Source: a virus. Taken from it: a stretch of 64,000 nt of DNA. The DNA lies in the IMG/VR virus record IMGVR_UViG_3300045988_037736, positions 1 through 64,000 of that record; one strand, 5' to 3'. This document shows, piece after piece, positions 30,501 to 41,800 of this stretch (position 1 is the stretch's first letter; each line of letters begins with the position of its first letter). The notes under the pieces are model-generated. The model had not been told where the DNA came from. It made no database searches and was given only the letters and a program-made list of their open reading frames with translations. The position numbers and the translations under genes are program-made.

Positions 30501-31384
30501 CTCTGATAGCTAGAGACCTGTTCCTCTATAACTTCTATAAGCTTGGTTTCCAATTTGGTCCTAGTGCCTTTATGAACCTTGCTCCTACAGAAGTTAAGCA
30601 GTCTCTAATGGTTCCTAATAAGGATGGAAGTCCAAGGAGCTATGTTGAGTTTCTTAAGGATGTAAGGGATGACAAGATTCAGTATGATTCTGTTGATTTC
30701 GCCATTCAGTATATGCTTAATCATCCTGATAATGAGAGACTTGTTTTCAATGCTGATAAGAGCAAGACAGCAAGGGAGATTATCTCTAAACTTGCTTTCA
30801 ATAGTGCTAAGGATGTTCAGTCAAACTTCACTATTGACACTGCAAGACTGGGTGATGATGCAGGACTATTCCTCCTTAAGGCACCTACCAAGCAAGACCC
30901 AACCTCTGTGTTCAGACCAGTAATCTCTATCAAGGGAGCACTATTTGTTGCACAGAGTGGAGGACTTAAGTTTAATAAGACTGAAGGAACTACTATGACT
31001 TATGTCAGAATGGACCAACAAGGTTCTAAGGGAGTTTCCATGAGGTATAATGGCAGTACTCCTGTTGCATCTGTAATGGATGTGGCAGGTGAGACTGAAC
31101 AGGAGCCTCTTGGTAATTCCTCACAGGAGCCTGGTCCTGCTCCTGTAGTGTTTGATAGAGAAGCAGCTATCACAGAAATAGCAACTGAGATGGCTAAAGC
31201 TCTTGAGAATATAGGCTACAGAGATGAAATGGGAGAACCTATTTCAGCTCAGAGTCTCATTGAAGGCCTAAGAGGAGCTTCTGATTCAGAACTTCAATCA
31301 CAAGTTGAAGACATCAGAAAGGCTTGTAGGAAGGATGGTATTCTTCTCATGGACAGTGAAGGTAACTTGTTACAAGGTTGTTAA
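24533..31384 (+). CDS. giant virion protein (2283 aa), candidate virion-packaged RNA polymerase
   Basis: It carries 'AGFDFDVDK' (a DxDxD metal-binding motif, as in double-psi beta-barrel RNAPs) at nt ~28728-28751. Its size and position next to other giant proteins match the crAss-like vRNAP/cargo block. Confidence 0.4.
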   Translation: MSKVCYIPLKGVDDVIAAHLGWKPTATFNPAYRVATLRGMYDEVHEKNPLDTSDPAKAAQALATFRKEIARGNNVAMNSIGTNLHASYIQLRRNFTAEERFNRVNMLASMFSRWIDRMKAADPSKSRTQFVEGFTRDGKLVAGEFAIFEKMYSELIDKQSYYMSLNTQEGRERADKINQILSNWAPLTAFVRMKLRDTEGVKLGNALEWADETNADNFGENNMGELFDMSESKRESWQETNDMQSSFGSVGKNVRRLISCAPLYKEVDGKPQVQYDDLGHPIMLDPVKVHQALMEDLRGITSEDQMMRAFFTKDGSLKHEWLKPIVQTLRTNNQLRTQFFVDFKKNFQPYSILVEDKDPANKGLKVFKTKLLNRVENLLGGEFMTRVQLGTPVNEMNSVFDKNGNVDWQNLQKVRSSITEWLNPGPMKVAKWDNPKTTRAEKRAFLLEKRAFLLEVSEALGMPVDADTVDSIMGTPKDLKEYLNNLKQALVYGIEGNLTKEVADKLTAGDYSISKRSYKSLLNAQNSSKGSLREKIDKMLTLVTKNREGLRLESRVRHKDSKGNGITLFSNINPSYMGDKLELIKSYVEANDKKGLKKFLEDHYLSSSYFRDSKGTVLNVWLEELLKCCDEKGPELSETFAAQFDYMRSLGSADINFENFTGKQHMVDMLTRFFSDKQISSNADTALYPVFILGDSGVSKYIRAKMYEAEDILDGMYKVWRQEKRRMMLTEAANRILEEGGYKGIDNFSKRKVEVKRDASGKVIDVVGEYTMLPFLNEPKYAKLLGSQSEAEVKAAIQAYMADALVSFKQSLNNMGLLETKTVKARDPKTGKYSDVERYVHLPKNISPATLDRDLARFYWNTKFATIQQLQMMTIDTAFYKGTKDLQKRYKEIHAPGQVLSLTALDRDGKRYSEDGIERCIYFDDIELSSADTNPKFLAAVKARLGEGAWKKYLENTLTDGQGYRSLRSYRKVLGMAGQWTDEMENAFREIEGIRSRYGKDKIPAEELKRIADLAVIFQPIKPYMFTHEVLAVNNTDKLFIPVQHKYAEAVLIPELLPHGSKLRDIAYYMDENNIDLVGSTKIVKVGGFGSTSIKGVTNAEELNTALAKGYVHQLDYADYRIQGNVPDHVQSARLFGTQVRKLIMAGVKMDRFDDGHYASYVDSEFINLGGKHGNVRMNGRNLISFYNSLIVANIMESFDLFSKKTGNTEDLSNQLIQAVINNSRESMDNLLAYGIEDGDFAVPLFEAGLEHDASSMLLSIFKKTVNKQTIQGNPLVQVSAMGISGYAEDGDLQYVTDDNDNILYAECEIPWDLTYTDEKGNTVALDFNDYCNEDGTLKLAKDGTPLIEKKLPGVTSLVAYRIPTERDYSMINLRVKRFSQKTAGGTIKVPAEGTTIAGFDFDVDKLYLMRREYRAKRKQSKDEATDNLLSAIFGQDTSELLEFEEYDFTKSPLENTKAARNNMLIHLIQQRLTDPETFEQRYTPGGFANASRSARIMRELLFGDLSGIVHNGEVDFAALNERAARKDLDPEPNYDPSDPMTIITYNQQNQVAGKLVGVFANQNTNHAFASLMSSFRLGAPISFAEHSYGDGRMSDFLNPPAGVDVDLNVAELLSASVDAVKDPVLNFMNLNTITADAGAILARIGYTTQEIGILFNQPIIKELCDYCFNNAVGIETALRDVKAKYLTVEGVKAASSTSPSDFTIEKLASHIIQDRTSREAGNNAMQEAGFISEQLKVLELFNNITTIASQVSQFVTSTKFTASNAVGSTFGDLYAQQMRVNKYLEGVETNEAIIMEVTDRIHTPLNNSQSLLGMSNEEYFDTLIDNPFAYEQAMFDANRRALRHLMKYFPYDNSCYSKARARLASLTKAGTLDADTINSLHSDMMVYLLANEEHSDFNGELPKLGTGHTNPDGTAPTVREYYTKYFASDMFKELEANPALKELAIFKYMVFEANDQGEVRMNVQGIGGLAPFQKDEIRESWSDLSRNNPLIARDLFLYNFYKLGFQFGPSAFMNLAPTEVKQSLMVPNKDGSPRSYVEFLKDVRDDKIQYDSVDFAIQYMLNHPDNERLVFNADKSKTAREIISKLAFNSAKDVQSNFTIDTARLGDDAGLFLLKAPTKQDPTSVFRPVISIKGALFVAQSGGLKFNKTEGTTMTYVRMDQQGSKGVSMRYNGSTPVASVMDVAGETEQEPLGNSSQEPGPAPVVFDREAAITEIATEMAKALENIGYRDEMGEPISAQSLIEGLRGASDSELQSQVEDIRKACRKDGILLMDSEGNLLQGC

Positions 31385-31397
31385 ATAATTCTATAAT

Positions 31398-34300
31398 ATG
31401 AGTAAATGTACAGTTTTAGCTCATGTTAGGAACTCTAATGGTGAGGTGGTGGAGAGTAATCTCTTTAGGGATTTACTCTCCCACCTTCCCACTAGGGAAC
31501 TAGCAAAAGAGTATTACAGTGTAGGTACTAACCAAGAGTTCCTTGACAGAGTCAGGGATAAAGCAAAGTTTGATGAGAATGGAGAGATTACCTTTTCCTC
31601 TCTTAGAAAGTTGGCTAACATCAATATAAGTCAGGAGCAGCTTCTTTCAACTCTCAATAAGCAAATAGGGTCTGGTACATATGAGTATCAGCAGGCAATA
31701 GCCAGGCTACAGAGTTTCAACAGAAACAGTCAATTCAAGGATGAGTTCATGGCTACTATCAAATATAATGAAGGTAAGTTTGAACTCTCTATTGTGCCAA
31801 AAACATCAGCTAATGAGGCTACTTTACATGAAGAGATAAGGAAGAGGTCTCTTCAAGAAAGAATAATGTATCACTTAACAAAGGCTGGAGTTTCAGTAGA
31901 CTTCATTGAAAAGGATGACAGGACAGGTGGAAGATATAGTACAGTAAATGCACAGCAGACTGCTGATGGTCTTTACCAACTTATCAGAGTTGTAAATGGA
32001 GAAAGTGTTACTGCAAACCTTGCAGAAGAAGCGGGTCACTTTGTTATAGGTGCACTAGGAGAATCTCCCTTAGTAAAAAGACTTATGGAACTTCTTACCC
32101 CAGAGGTACAAAGGGAAGCATTAGGTGATGAACTTGATGATAAGGTTCTTGGTCCTGATGGAAGGAGAGAAGTTGCAGGTGCCTTAGTAGGTAAGGCTCT
32201 GATGGGAGGAGTTGATAATGAGAAGCCTTGGCAAAGAATGGTTCATAGAATTGTTAACTTAGCCAAGAGAGTCTTCTCCACTTTTAGTAAAGGAGATAAT
32301 GCAGCTTACAGAGCTACACTTGAAGCAAAAGAAATAGCTGATAAACTTGTCAGTGACTTTATGTCAAGTAACTTTAGCGGTTCAATTGAGAATGCTCTTA
32401 ACACAAGAGAAACTCTCTATAGTGCACATAGTTCTACTAATACAAAGCTATACAGAGAAACTGTCAATAGATTAAGTCTTGCTGTATCAGAACTCAGGAA
32501 CATAGACAATAATGTTTTCACTGAAAGAATGATGGGCATTCTTGGTGTAACTGAGGCAGGAAGGACTAATCAAATCAATGCTAATACCTTCCTATCTGAT
32601 AGCATTGCTCTTGATGGCATTACTGAGGCACTCAGTCTTATCTCTGACATGATGGGTCAAGGGAAAGAGATAGATACTCTTCTAAAATCTATTGACTTTC
32701 AGAATGTTGGAGACTTCATGTCTAACATGGCTGAGAATGGAAAGAAGCTAAGGCAGATACACTCCTTTGTTACTCTCTCTTATACTCTACAGGGTATCAT
32801 AGAAGAAGCTTGTGTTGAGGTAGGTGGTGAAAGGAAACTGAAAGGCAATATTGACCATGTTCAGTTGACAGATAGTCTTGGTAATGTAGTCACAGTAAAT
32901 CTAAACCAAGTACTAGACAATCTTGCTAAAGCTAATAAGACTCTTATGGCAGAGTTGTTCTCTAAAGAGAGACAGTTCTTCTGTAGATTCTGTGAGGACA
33001 CTTTAGGAAGTAAATATGTGCAGACTTCTGCAAGAGTATTGTTTAGCAAAGATGGTAGATGGGGTTTGTCCTTTGAAGGAGAGGGAAAGATAAATGTTTC
33101 AGATGCCTTGGAGCACATGGAAAGTGATATTACTTTCTTTGAGAGGTATCTTGCTTCTATGTCTAATAATTCTGACCTTATAGGTCAAATAGTAGACAGA
33201 GCTACAAAGGCTGCAAACAAAGCAGCAGATGACCTTACAAACCAATGTCAGGATGAATTAAGAATCCTTGAGGCAAGACTAAAGAAACTTGGATTGAAAG
33301 ATACAAGTATTCTCTTTGAGAGAAGCTCAAGGGATGGTCAGCTTACAGGTAATATCATGTCTGATGTAAATTGGGGTGACTATGAGAATGATTGGAAAGA
33401 GTTTAAGGAACAGGAGCTTGAAAACTTCAAGCAATCAATACCTAACTTAGACCAATTGACAGAGTTCGAGAAAGCTCTTCAGTGGGATATGTATTTCAGA
33501 CCTCTATCAAAGGCTTGGCATAAAACTCATAGTGACTATGACCAGAACTTACAAAGGTATGTTCCTAATAGTAACTATGCTAACCCTGACTTTGCTGACC
33601 TTATGTCTAAACATCCTGGTCTTCAAGGATGGTATAATGACTTCATGCAATTAAAGACAGGTCTTGATGCAAGACTTCCTGAAGGAAGTACACTTGCAGT
33701 AAGGATGCCTCAGTTCAAAGGAAGGTTTATCAATAGGGTAAAGAATCAAAACAAAGGTCTAACAAAGGCTGTAGGTCATGCTTTAAGAGGTAGTATCATG
33801 GACACCTTCTGTGAGAGTAGTGAAGATACAGACTTTGGAAGTAACCAAACTTATAACTCTGAGGATGAAGAACTATTTGCTAATGCTCTTGCCCATGAGA
33901 AAGAGAAGTTACATAGACTGCCTCTCTTTGGTATAAACAAGTTGCAGGATATGACAGAATTGTCAACTGACTTGTTCCAATCTACACTTGCTTATGCTGG
34001 AATGGCTAATAGTCATCTTGCAATGAGTCAGATAGTAGATACTCTTGAAGTAGGAAGTAATGTTCTTGCTAAGAGAAGTGTTGCTGGTCAAAGTACTGAG
34101 GAACAAAGGCAAGGTAATAAGTCTAAGGCTTACAATAGATACCTCAAGTTCCTTGATAAGCAGGTATATGGCATTGGTAACACAAAGCATAAGATAGGCA
34201 AGAAAGTAGTACTTGAGAAAGTGCTAGCAGCTCTATCAGGATTTGCAAGTAAGTATTTCCTAGGAGGTAATGTTGCTGGTGGTATGGTTAACACCATGAC

Positions 34301-35768
34301 TGGTTTCAATGAAATATTCAAAGAAGCCTTATCTGGGGAATACTATTCTCTGAAAGATTTCCAAAAGGCTAACAGACTTTACTTTGGGTCATTTGTCAAC
34401 AACTGGATGGACTATGGTAAAGATGTAAAGAGTGATAAGGTATCTCTACTTATAAGGCACTTTAACATTCTTGGAGACAGTAGACAGAGGCAAAGAGATT
34501 GGGAGAATGACAGAAATGGCTGGACCAGAATCTATAATAGGTTCAGTGAAAGCCTATTCCTTCCATATAAGTCTGGTGACCATTATATGTCAACTATATC
34601 CTATCTTGCACTTGCAAGTAAGACTATGCTATATGATGAGTATGGCACTAGAATATCTCTGTTTGATGCTTATAAAGTGGTTGACAATGAAGATACCTAT
34701 GGTAACAAGGCAGGAAAGACTTTATCTCTCGAAGGGACATTCTTCAAATCAGCAGATGGTAAGCAGGAATATGACATGGTAAATTCTATCATATCTCAGA
34801 TAGAAGCTGCTATGTCTAGTCCATTTGGAGCCTCAATCAATCTTACACAGGATGAGCAGGATTATCTTGCAAACAAGGGCTACAACCTCGCAGATACTGA
34901 AAATACTCTTGCTAATCTAAGGCAGGATGCTGAGAACCTTACTTGGAATGCTACTGATGAGACAGAGTTCATGGATAAAGCCAGGGAGATTAACATCAGA
35001 CTTCATGGTATTTATAATAACCAAGACAAGGTAGCTTTCTCTCAGAGCTGGTATGGTAATGCTGTGCTTGCTATGAGGGGTTATGCCCTTGGTATGATGG
35101 AAAGGAGATTTGGTGCTAATAAGTATAGTGTAGTTCTTGGACAAAATGTTGAAGGTTCACTCAATACTGTTGCTAAGGTGCTATTAAGCACATTTACTGA
35201 TAGAGGTGGCTTCAAACTTACAGCAAGAGCATTGTTACTTCCCTTTGGAAAGAACACAGCAAATGCTCTATATCAAGCTGGTTTCTCCTCAAATCAGGTA
35301 AGAAACCTTAAAAGAAATTGGGGTGACAACTTGTTGATTGGACTTTTATATCTGCTAAGATGTCTATCAAGTCTTGGAGATGATGACGATGATGATGAAA
35401 CCAATATAGCAATGGGTCTTACATATTACTTCTCAAATAGATTGTTCAGGGAGCAGGCAGCTTTCAACAATCCTATGGGTTGGTACTATGAGGCAAACAC
35501 TGTACTTGATATGATGCCTTCAGGGTTCAGTGCCCTGATGGATATTGGCAAGACAGGTTATCAACTTGCTGGTCAATCATTTGCTGATGAAGCTAATTCA
35601 ACTTTCTTCTATCAGTCAAGTAAAGAAGGATTCTATGAAGAGGGAGACTCAAAAGGATGGAATCATATGAAGAGAATGACTCCTTATTTAAGGAGTGTAT
35701 ATACATTCCAACATCCTTATGAAGCTGCTAAATCCTATGAGTATGGTAGAAATGTAAAGGCTAGATAA
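31398..35768 (+). CDS. giant virion/cargo protein (1456 aa)
   Basis: It contains the run 'GDDDDDDET' (nt ~35380-35400). It ends in TAA. Confidence 0.4.
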   Translation: MSKCTVLAHVRNSNGEVVESNLFRDLLSHLPTRELAKEYYSVGTNQEFLDRVRDKAKFDENGEITFSSLRKLANINISQEQLLSTLNKQIGSGTYEYQQAIARLQSFNRNSQFKDEFMATIKYNEGKFELSIVPKTSANEATLHEEIRKRSLQERIMYHLTKAGVSVDFIEKDDRTGGRYSTVNAQQTADGLYQLIRVVNGESVTANLAEEAGHFVIGALGESPLVKRLMELLTPEVQREALGDELDDKVLGPDGRREVAGALVGKALMGGVDNEKPWQRMVHRIVNLAKRVFSTFSKGDNAAYRATLEAKEIADKLVSDFMSSNFSGSIENALNTRETLYSAHSSTNTKLYRETVNRLSLAVSELRNIDNNVFTERMMGILGVTEAGRTNQINANTFLSDSIALDGITEALSLISDMMGQGKEIDTLLKSIDFQNVGDFMSNMAENGKKLRQIHSFVTLSYTLQGIIEEACVEVGGERKLKGNIDHVQLTDSLGNVVTVNLNQVLDNLAKANKTLMAELFSKERQFFCRFCEDTLGSKYVQTSARVLFSKDGRWGLSFEGEGKINVSDALEHMESDITFFERYLASMSNNSDLIGQIVDRATKAANKAADDLTNQCQDELRILEARLKKLGLKDTSILFERSSRDGQLTGNIMSDVNWGDYENDWKEFKEQELENFKQSIPNLDQLTEFEKALQWDMYFRPLSKAWHKTHSDYDQNLQRYVPNSNYANPDFADLMSKHPGLQGWYNDFMQLKTGLDARLPEGSTLAVRMPQFKGRFINRVKNQNKGLTKAVGHALRGSIMDTFCESSEDTDFGSNQTYNSEDEELFANALAHEKEKLHRLPLFGINKLQDMTELSTDLFQSTLAYAGMANSHLAMSQIVDTLEVGSNVLAKRSVAGQSTEEQRQGNKSKAYNRYLKFLDKQVYGIGNTKHKIGKKVVLEKVLAALSGFASKYFLGGNVAGGMVNTMTGFNEIFKEALSGEYYSLKDFQKANRLYFGSFVNNWMDYGKDVKSDKVSLLIRHFNILGDSRQRQRDWENDRNGWTRIYNRFSESLFLPYKSGDHYMSTISYLALASKTMLYDEYGTRISLFDAYKVVDNEDTYGNKAGKTLSLEGTFFKSADGKQEYDMVNSIISQIEAAMSSPFGASINLTQDEQDYLANKGYNLADTENTLANLRQDAENLTWNATDETEFMDKAREINIRLHGIYNNQDKVAFSQSWYGNAVLAMRGYALGMMERRFGANKYSVVLGQNVEGSLNTVAKVLLSTFTDRGGFKLTARALLLPFGKNTANALYQAGFSSNQVRNLKRNWGDNLLIGLLYLLRCLSSLGDDDDDDETNIAMGLTYYFSNRLFREQAAFNNPMGWYYEANTVLDMMPSGFSALMDIGKTGYQLAGQSFADEANSTFFYQSSKEGFYEEGDSKGWNHMKRMTPYLRSVYTFQHPYEAAKSYEYGRNVKAR

Positions 35769-35770
35769 AT

Positions 35771-35817
35771 AAAAAGGGTAGTGAGAATTAACTCACTACC
35801 CTATTTTTTTTTTTTTC
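35771..35817. terminator. bidirectional intrinsic terminator between convergent genes
   Basis: An 11-bp stem 'agggtagtgag/ctcactaccct' with a 6-nt loop. It is flanked by an A-run on one side and a 13-T run on the other. Confidence 0.7.
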
Positions 35818-35825
35818 AATTAGTT

Positions 35826-38800
35826 TTATAGACAACCAAGCTCTTGTTCCATCTCTTGGTCTTCCATCTGTGACCAAGACACTTCATCTATATGCTTGGC
35901 AGCAAGTCCATCTCTTTGCTCCTGTGTTAGATTATTCCACTGTAGATGGTGTGGAATAGGAGTTAATCTTCCTCCTAAATCCCAACCCATTCCTCCAGTG
36001 AAGTCATCTTCAAATAGACCCTCTCCTATGCTCATATCAACTGCTATTCCTAGAGTAGGGTCAACAGTCATATCAACAGAGTCTGCTACCTGAGCTTCTA
36101 TAGGAGTTACAGGTTCTACAGGAGCCTCTACAACACCAGTTCCTTCATTAAGAGTCTCTTCAATTCCTGAAACCATTGCCTTCTCAGCATCAGTAAGTCT
36201 ATCATAGACTATCCTTAATGGCTTGTAAGGAACTGCAATAGTCTCTTGGAGTACAGGATTTGCCTCTGTATATTCTCTACCATCTATAAGAAGTTGATTA
36301 TCCTTCTCAGGTGATACTGAATAGTCAGCAGTTCCATTTCTCCAACCTGCTGGTGCAGGATAGGAAACTCCAATAGGAATAATGTTGAGAGCCTTCACTT
36401 GTACACCATATTTTCTCTCAAGGAAATCTTTATAAAGAGACAACTGTCTAGCATACTTCTCCCTCTTATGTTGGTCAATCCCACTTCTATTAGTCTTCAT
36501 ATCGAAGATATAGAAGTTTCCCTTTCCATCATAGGCAAGAATGTCAAGTGTTCCTGCTACATTTATAGTATGGACTTTACCATTGCTGTCAGCAACTTCA
36601 ACCTGCCCTGTAACAGTTACATCCCTTGGAACAACTGTCAAACCATTTACCTCAAGGTTATTCTTGAGTACAGTGAGTTGTTCTGCAAACTTCTGTAAAG
36701 CTTCAGGAGTAGCATTAGGATACTTGCTAAAGTCAGTTGCCACACCTGCAAAGAAGTCTCTTACAAACTCATCAATACCAGTACCTATATTAGTAGAGGG
36801 TGTTACCCAAGGACTGTTAGGGTCAAACCTTTCTCCAGCCTCTTCATCAGCAGCTATTATTGAAGTAACTCTAGCATATCTAGTACCTTTACTATCAACA
36901 TAGCCTGAGCCATCATCAGCGAGAGTAATAGATTTAGAGTCATCTACAATCCTATCTACTATCTCCTTTGCTCTTTCAGCAGCAGGGTTAGCAGCAGGAG
37001 CAGACTCTCCCTGTACTACAGTTCCAGTGTCACTGTCTATTACTGTATCACCTCTTACAACCTGACCATTAGGTACTACTACTGGCTCATTAACAGGAGA
37101 TGCAGGTGAGGCATTAGTAGGGTTAGCTACTGTAGTATATACAGGACTTCCATCACTCTTGAAAGGACTCTGTAGTGCTATACCTTGGATGATATAATTG
37201 AATGATACATTAGTAGGACTTACCTCAAGGAAACCATCATCATATATATCTGATAGGTTCTTCTTGGCTGCATTGTCTCCTTCAGCAGCTCTCTCTACAT
37301 CAGAGAATGGAACTTGCCATTTGATAAATGAGTCTCTCTCATTAGCCATTCTAACTTCTCCACTTTCATCAGTAAGAAGATTCTTAAGGAACTCATGCTG
37401 AGCAGCCTTACTTGCCTCTTCTGTCATTCCCTGATATACAGTAGTAAGATGTATAGGGGTAATGGAGCCATCATCATTGACAAGGTCTATACTATATACC
37501 TTCTTACCATCTGCTACCTGGTCTGTAGCAGTGACAGAGTAATGCCATCCAGACTTTGAAGGAACATTCATGTAGTTACTTATTTGATTCTCAATAGTAT
37601 TAGCCATTGAGTTAAGTAACTTTTCAGTATCACCTAAAGGTACTACTTGACCACTAGAATCTCTTGTGAAACTCATCTCCTCATCTGAGAAAGTCTCAAT
37701 GAAGTTAGCTATAGTCTTGGCAGCTCTTCTGGTTCTACTGTTAAAGTTGATAAGTCCATCTACACTGTCTCTTACTTGGGAAACAGTCTGTCCTTCCTTG
37801 TTCTGAGTTCTTTGTACTGGAGCAATAAAGATGTCTATGGGCTGTGTTCCACCATTCAGTTTGTCTTGATGGAATACAATCTTCTTTCTATTGTCTCCCA
37901 CCTTAACTATACCAAGTCTCTTTAAGAAATTCCTCTTGGCTTTTTGATAGCCCATTGGAGTTCCCTTATCCTGTTCACTAAGGTCATTCTGTCCAACATC
38001 AAGTACATTATTATTCTCCTGTCCTCTTCTACTTGAGTCAAAGCTGGTTGCAGCTACAATAGGCTTAAGTAGTTTGGTTACAACAGGAGAACCATCAGTA
38101 TTCTTTACAAGGGATGTGCCAGTATTGCCTACTGCAAGGCTCCTTATAGGAGCCATGTTCTTGCTACCTGGACTATATTCAACTCCTGTAGCAGACATTA
38201 CACTAACTGGTTGGAAGTGCTTATCCTGACCATCAACATTGATAGTTATTGGACCATTAGAAGATTCAACAACTGCAATGATAGGTAGGTCATTTTCAGT
38301 ATATCCAAAGCCCTTAGATTCCATGTTGCTCTTAACCTCATCTGTAAGTGCATCATCTGTAATGAACATCACTTCAGAATCTCTAGTAAGAACTCCATCT
38401 CTTAGGGCATCCTCAATACCATACTTATCATAGTACCTTACTATAGGAGTATCAGGATGAGATTGCCTCAGATAAGCTATATTCATACTGGTAATCATAC
38501 CAGATTCTGGATTACCAACAATGAACTGATAGTTCATCTTCCTTGCTTGAGTTCTGATTGCTCTTCTTCTCTTATCAAAGAATGGAGATACAGGAGCATC
38601 TACCCTAGGAGAAGGAGTATCAATCTTCTTCTCATCTGACTGAGATTTAAGAACCTTAGCTACAACATGTCTTAGAAGGTCAGGTACTTGAGTTTCATTA
38701 GCTTCTGCTCTACCATCCATAGCATTTGCTCTTGCAGTAATAGCATCTGCAAACTCTTGTACAGTGTCAAAGCTATTGGCAGACAGTCCTTCTATAAGAG

Positions 38801-41800
38801 CCTTTACCTGCTCCTTTGCTTCAGCAGTAAATGAAGGTGCATTCTCTGCAACTCTTAAAGCTACTTCAGCGGCTTTACCAACCTCCTCATTGCTATTTTC
38901 AATGAATGTGTCTATAACAGAACTAGGTTGGGTTACTTCAATAGGAGTTTCTACAGGAGTAACAGGAGTTTCAACTTCACCCTGCTCAACCATATCAGAT
39001 ACTGTAGGACTTCCAACTCTTTCACCATCTTCAGTAATATGTCCTGCTTCAGGGGTACTACCTCCAATGTCAAATATAGTTGGACCAGATGGAGTAGGGT
39101 CAGGAATTGCAGCTGGCTCTGAGGCTTCAACAGGAGTTTCAGTTGGAACAACTTCCTCATTATTAAGGTCTCTTTGTTCTCTTTCTGAGTTATACCTGCC
39201 CATTATATCTCTATAGGTTTGAATGGTCTCTTCTATAGAGTTATAGCCTGTAATCTGCCCTTCAATAGGAGCCTTCTCATTTGCTCTTGCAAGATGCTGT
39301 TCAAAGTAAAGATTAACTTCTCCATCCTCAGCAGCATCCCTATCATAGTCAAGTAGCATTTCAGCACCTGCTTCAACATCAGTTACATCAACTCCACTAT
39401 TACTTAGATAGTCAAGAGTAGCTGCAAAAACATCAGCTCTTGGGTCATTCTCTTCAAAGACTCCATTCCTTTCAGCCCAATCATAAATCTCTGACTTTCT
39501 TTCATTCTCTCTAGAGTATCTTTCAAACATATCTCTAGCTTCCTGAGGGAAATCATACCATTTACCCTTGTAAGACTGATTGGTAAGCATATCTTCTACA
39601 GCAGCTATTTCAGCTTCATCCCCTCTATTATAAATATCATCAAGTCTTTCTGAGAATTGCCAATAGTTACCATTAGTTGCTATATCAAGGAGTTCCTCAT
39701 TTTTCTTCTGTAGCATTCTCTGTTGTGCTTGATGTTTAACCTTTGCCACATACCTATTGAGGGCTTTAGGGCTATACATAAGAGCAAACTGAGAGTTCAT
39801 AGCAGCTCTATAGTCTCTTTCAACTCTATTCCTATCTGCAATCTTCTTGGTAAAGTCTTGATGTATAGAAGTACCTACACTATTAACTTTATCAATTTCA
39901 GCTTGCTGTTCCTGACTATATCTATCTCTATGCTTTGGGTCAAGCATAAAGGCTCTATCACTTGCAGACAGAGACATAATCTCAGAAGCAGAAAGAACTG
40001 TAGTATCTACAGGGTCATTATATGTAACACCATCCCTCTCTACTGCCTGATGCTGAGCATTGAAACTGTAGTCTTCCTGAGCAGACTTTATAGACTTGAT
40101 GTTTCTATCAAGTTCTCTAGCATAGCTTTCAGCCATAGCAAGAGTAGCTTGGTCTTCCTGTGAAAGAGAACCTCTCTTCTGCTCTCTCTTCATCTCTCTT
40201 ACAACTTGGTCAAGTTCAGACTTCTGTTCTTCAAGTTTAGAGAGTTCAGTTACAGCATTACTTAGTGAGCCAAACCTTGCTATAAGTCTCCTTCCTTTAT
40301 TATTGAGAGCTGAGCTTGGAGTAGCATCTTCCTGTGAGTTAAGTTCAGTTGTTACCTCAGCTATTTCTTCATCAAGTTGACCTATCCTCTTCTTATAGTC
40401 CTCAATAACTACCTTATTAAATACCATACTTGCCTTAACATCCTGGTCAATATTCTCTCCAAATATCTTCTCAATAGACCTGGTTTCTTTTGAAACCATA
40501 TCCATCATGTCAAGCATTTCATTGGCATTTCTCTGTATAGTCTGAAGGGCTTCCTCTCTACTTATGTTCTGAGTTCTGTTCTGAGCTGATGCCATGAACT
40601 GTTCAACAGCCTTTGATTCCTCTGACTCAGGGTCTTGCAGATTCTGAGCATCAAAGTTTGCCCTTGCCTGTAGGTTAGCCATAACAGCTTCATGATAACC
40701 AGTACCTTCAAGGTCATTAAGAGTTATAATGTTACTAAACATTTGACCAACTCTTGCATCTCTTGCAGCCTTTTCATCATTACTTTCTATAGCCTCTTGA
40801 TATTGAGTAAGCCATTCAGCAGTACCTCCTGCATTAAATAATGCTCTCTGCATACTTTCATCAGAGAAGTAGGTATTAAAGTGTTCAGCCATCTTCTCCC
40901 TCTGCTGATTGACAGCATTGATTTCAGTATTTGAGAATAAAGGAGTAAAGGCACTTCTCCAAGTAATACCCTTTGCAGTCATATTACCATTAGCACCTTG
41001 TTTCATACCAATGTTAGGTCCACCCATTGCAGTGGATAAAGCACCATAGACACCACTCTTTATAGCATCAAAGGATATAGCTGTATTACCTGCTGCTTGT
41101 AGACCTGCTGCAAAGGATTGCCAGAAGTCATTCTGAGCTGCTGTAGCTCCAGGGTTTGCACCATATTTATTGTCAATATACTGTTGCATTTTGTCTTCAG
41201 CATATGCCTGACCAAATGCACTAGATATATCCTGTGTGTACTCTTCAAAGCCTTCACCTAAAGCCTCCTTAAGCCTACCCTTAAAGGCTTGACCCTTAGT
41301 CATCTGTCTTGCTTGAGCTACCCATCTATCTCCCTGTCTTGCTATATTAACTGCATCTCCTACAGAGTTATTTCCTCCTATACCAATCTTCCTAAGAGCA
41401 TTCTGAACTCTTGGAGCTTGCTGACCTGCCTGCCATGTAGCATTGACCATACCATTTATAACAGAGTTAGTCCAAAAGTCATAGTACATAGCTGTGTTGG
41501 CACTTTCCTCGGCAGCTTGTCTATCTGCTGCCATATCAGCAGCATACTTTCCTTCAAACTGTGCTCTAGCTTCAGGGTTGGACTTTAAGTAGTCTGCTTG
41601 TTCCTGAGACATATTATGCTCTCTAGCATAGGCATCAATATCAGCATCTACCTTAGAAGCATATCTATTCTGAATATCTGTTTCAAGACCTTTCAGAGTT
41701 TCCTGTTTGGTCATAGCAGCATTCATGCCACCTTCAACTGTGCCTACTGCACCTGGAACAAGAAGATTTCCTATGTTCCTTGCCTTAGTCACTCCTCTTA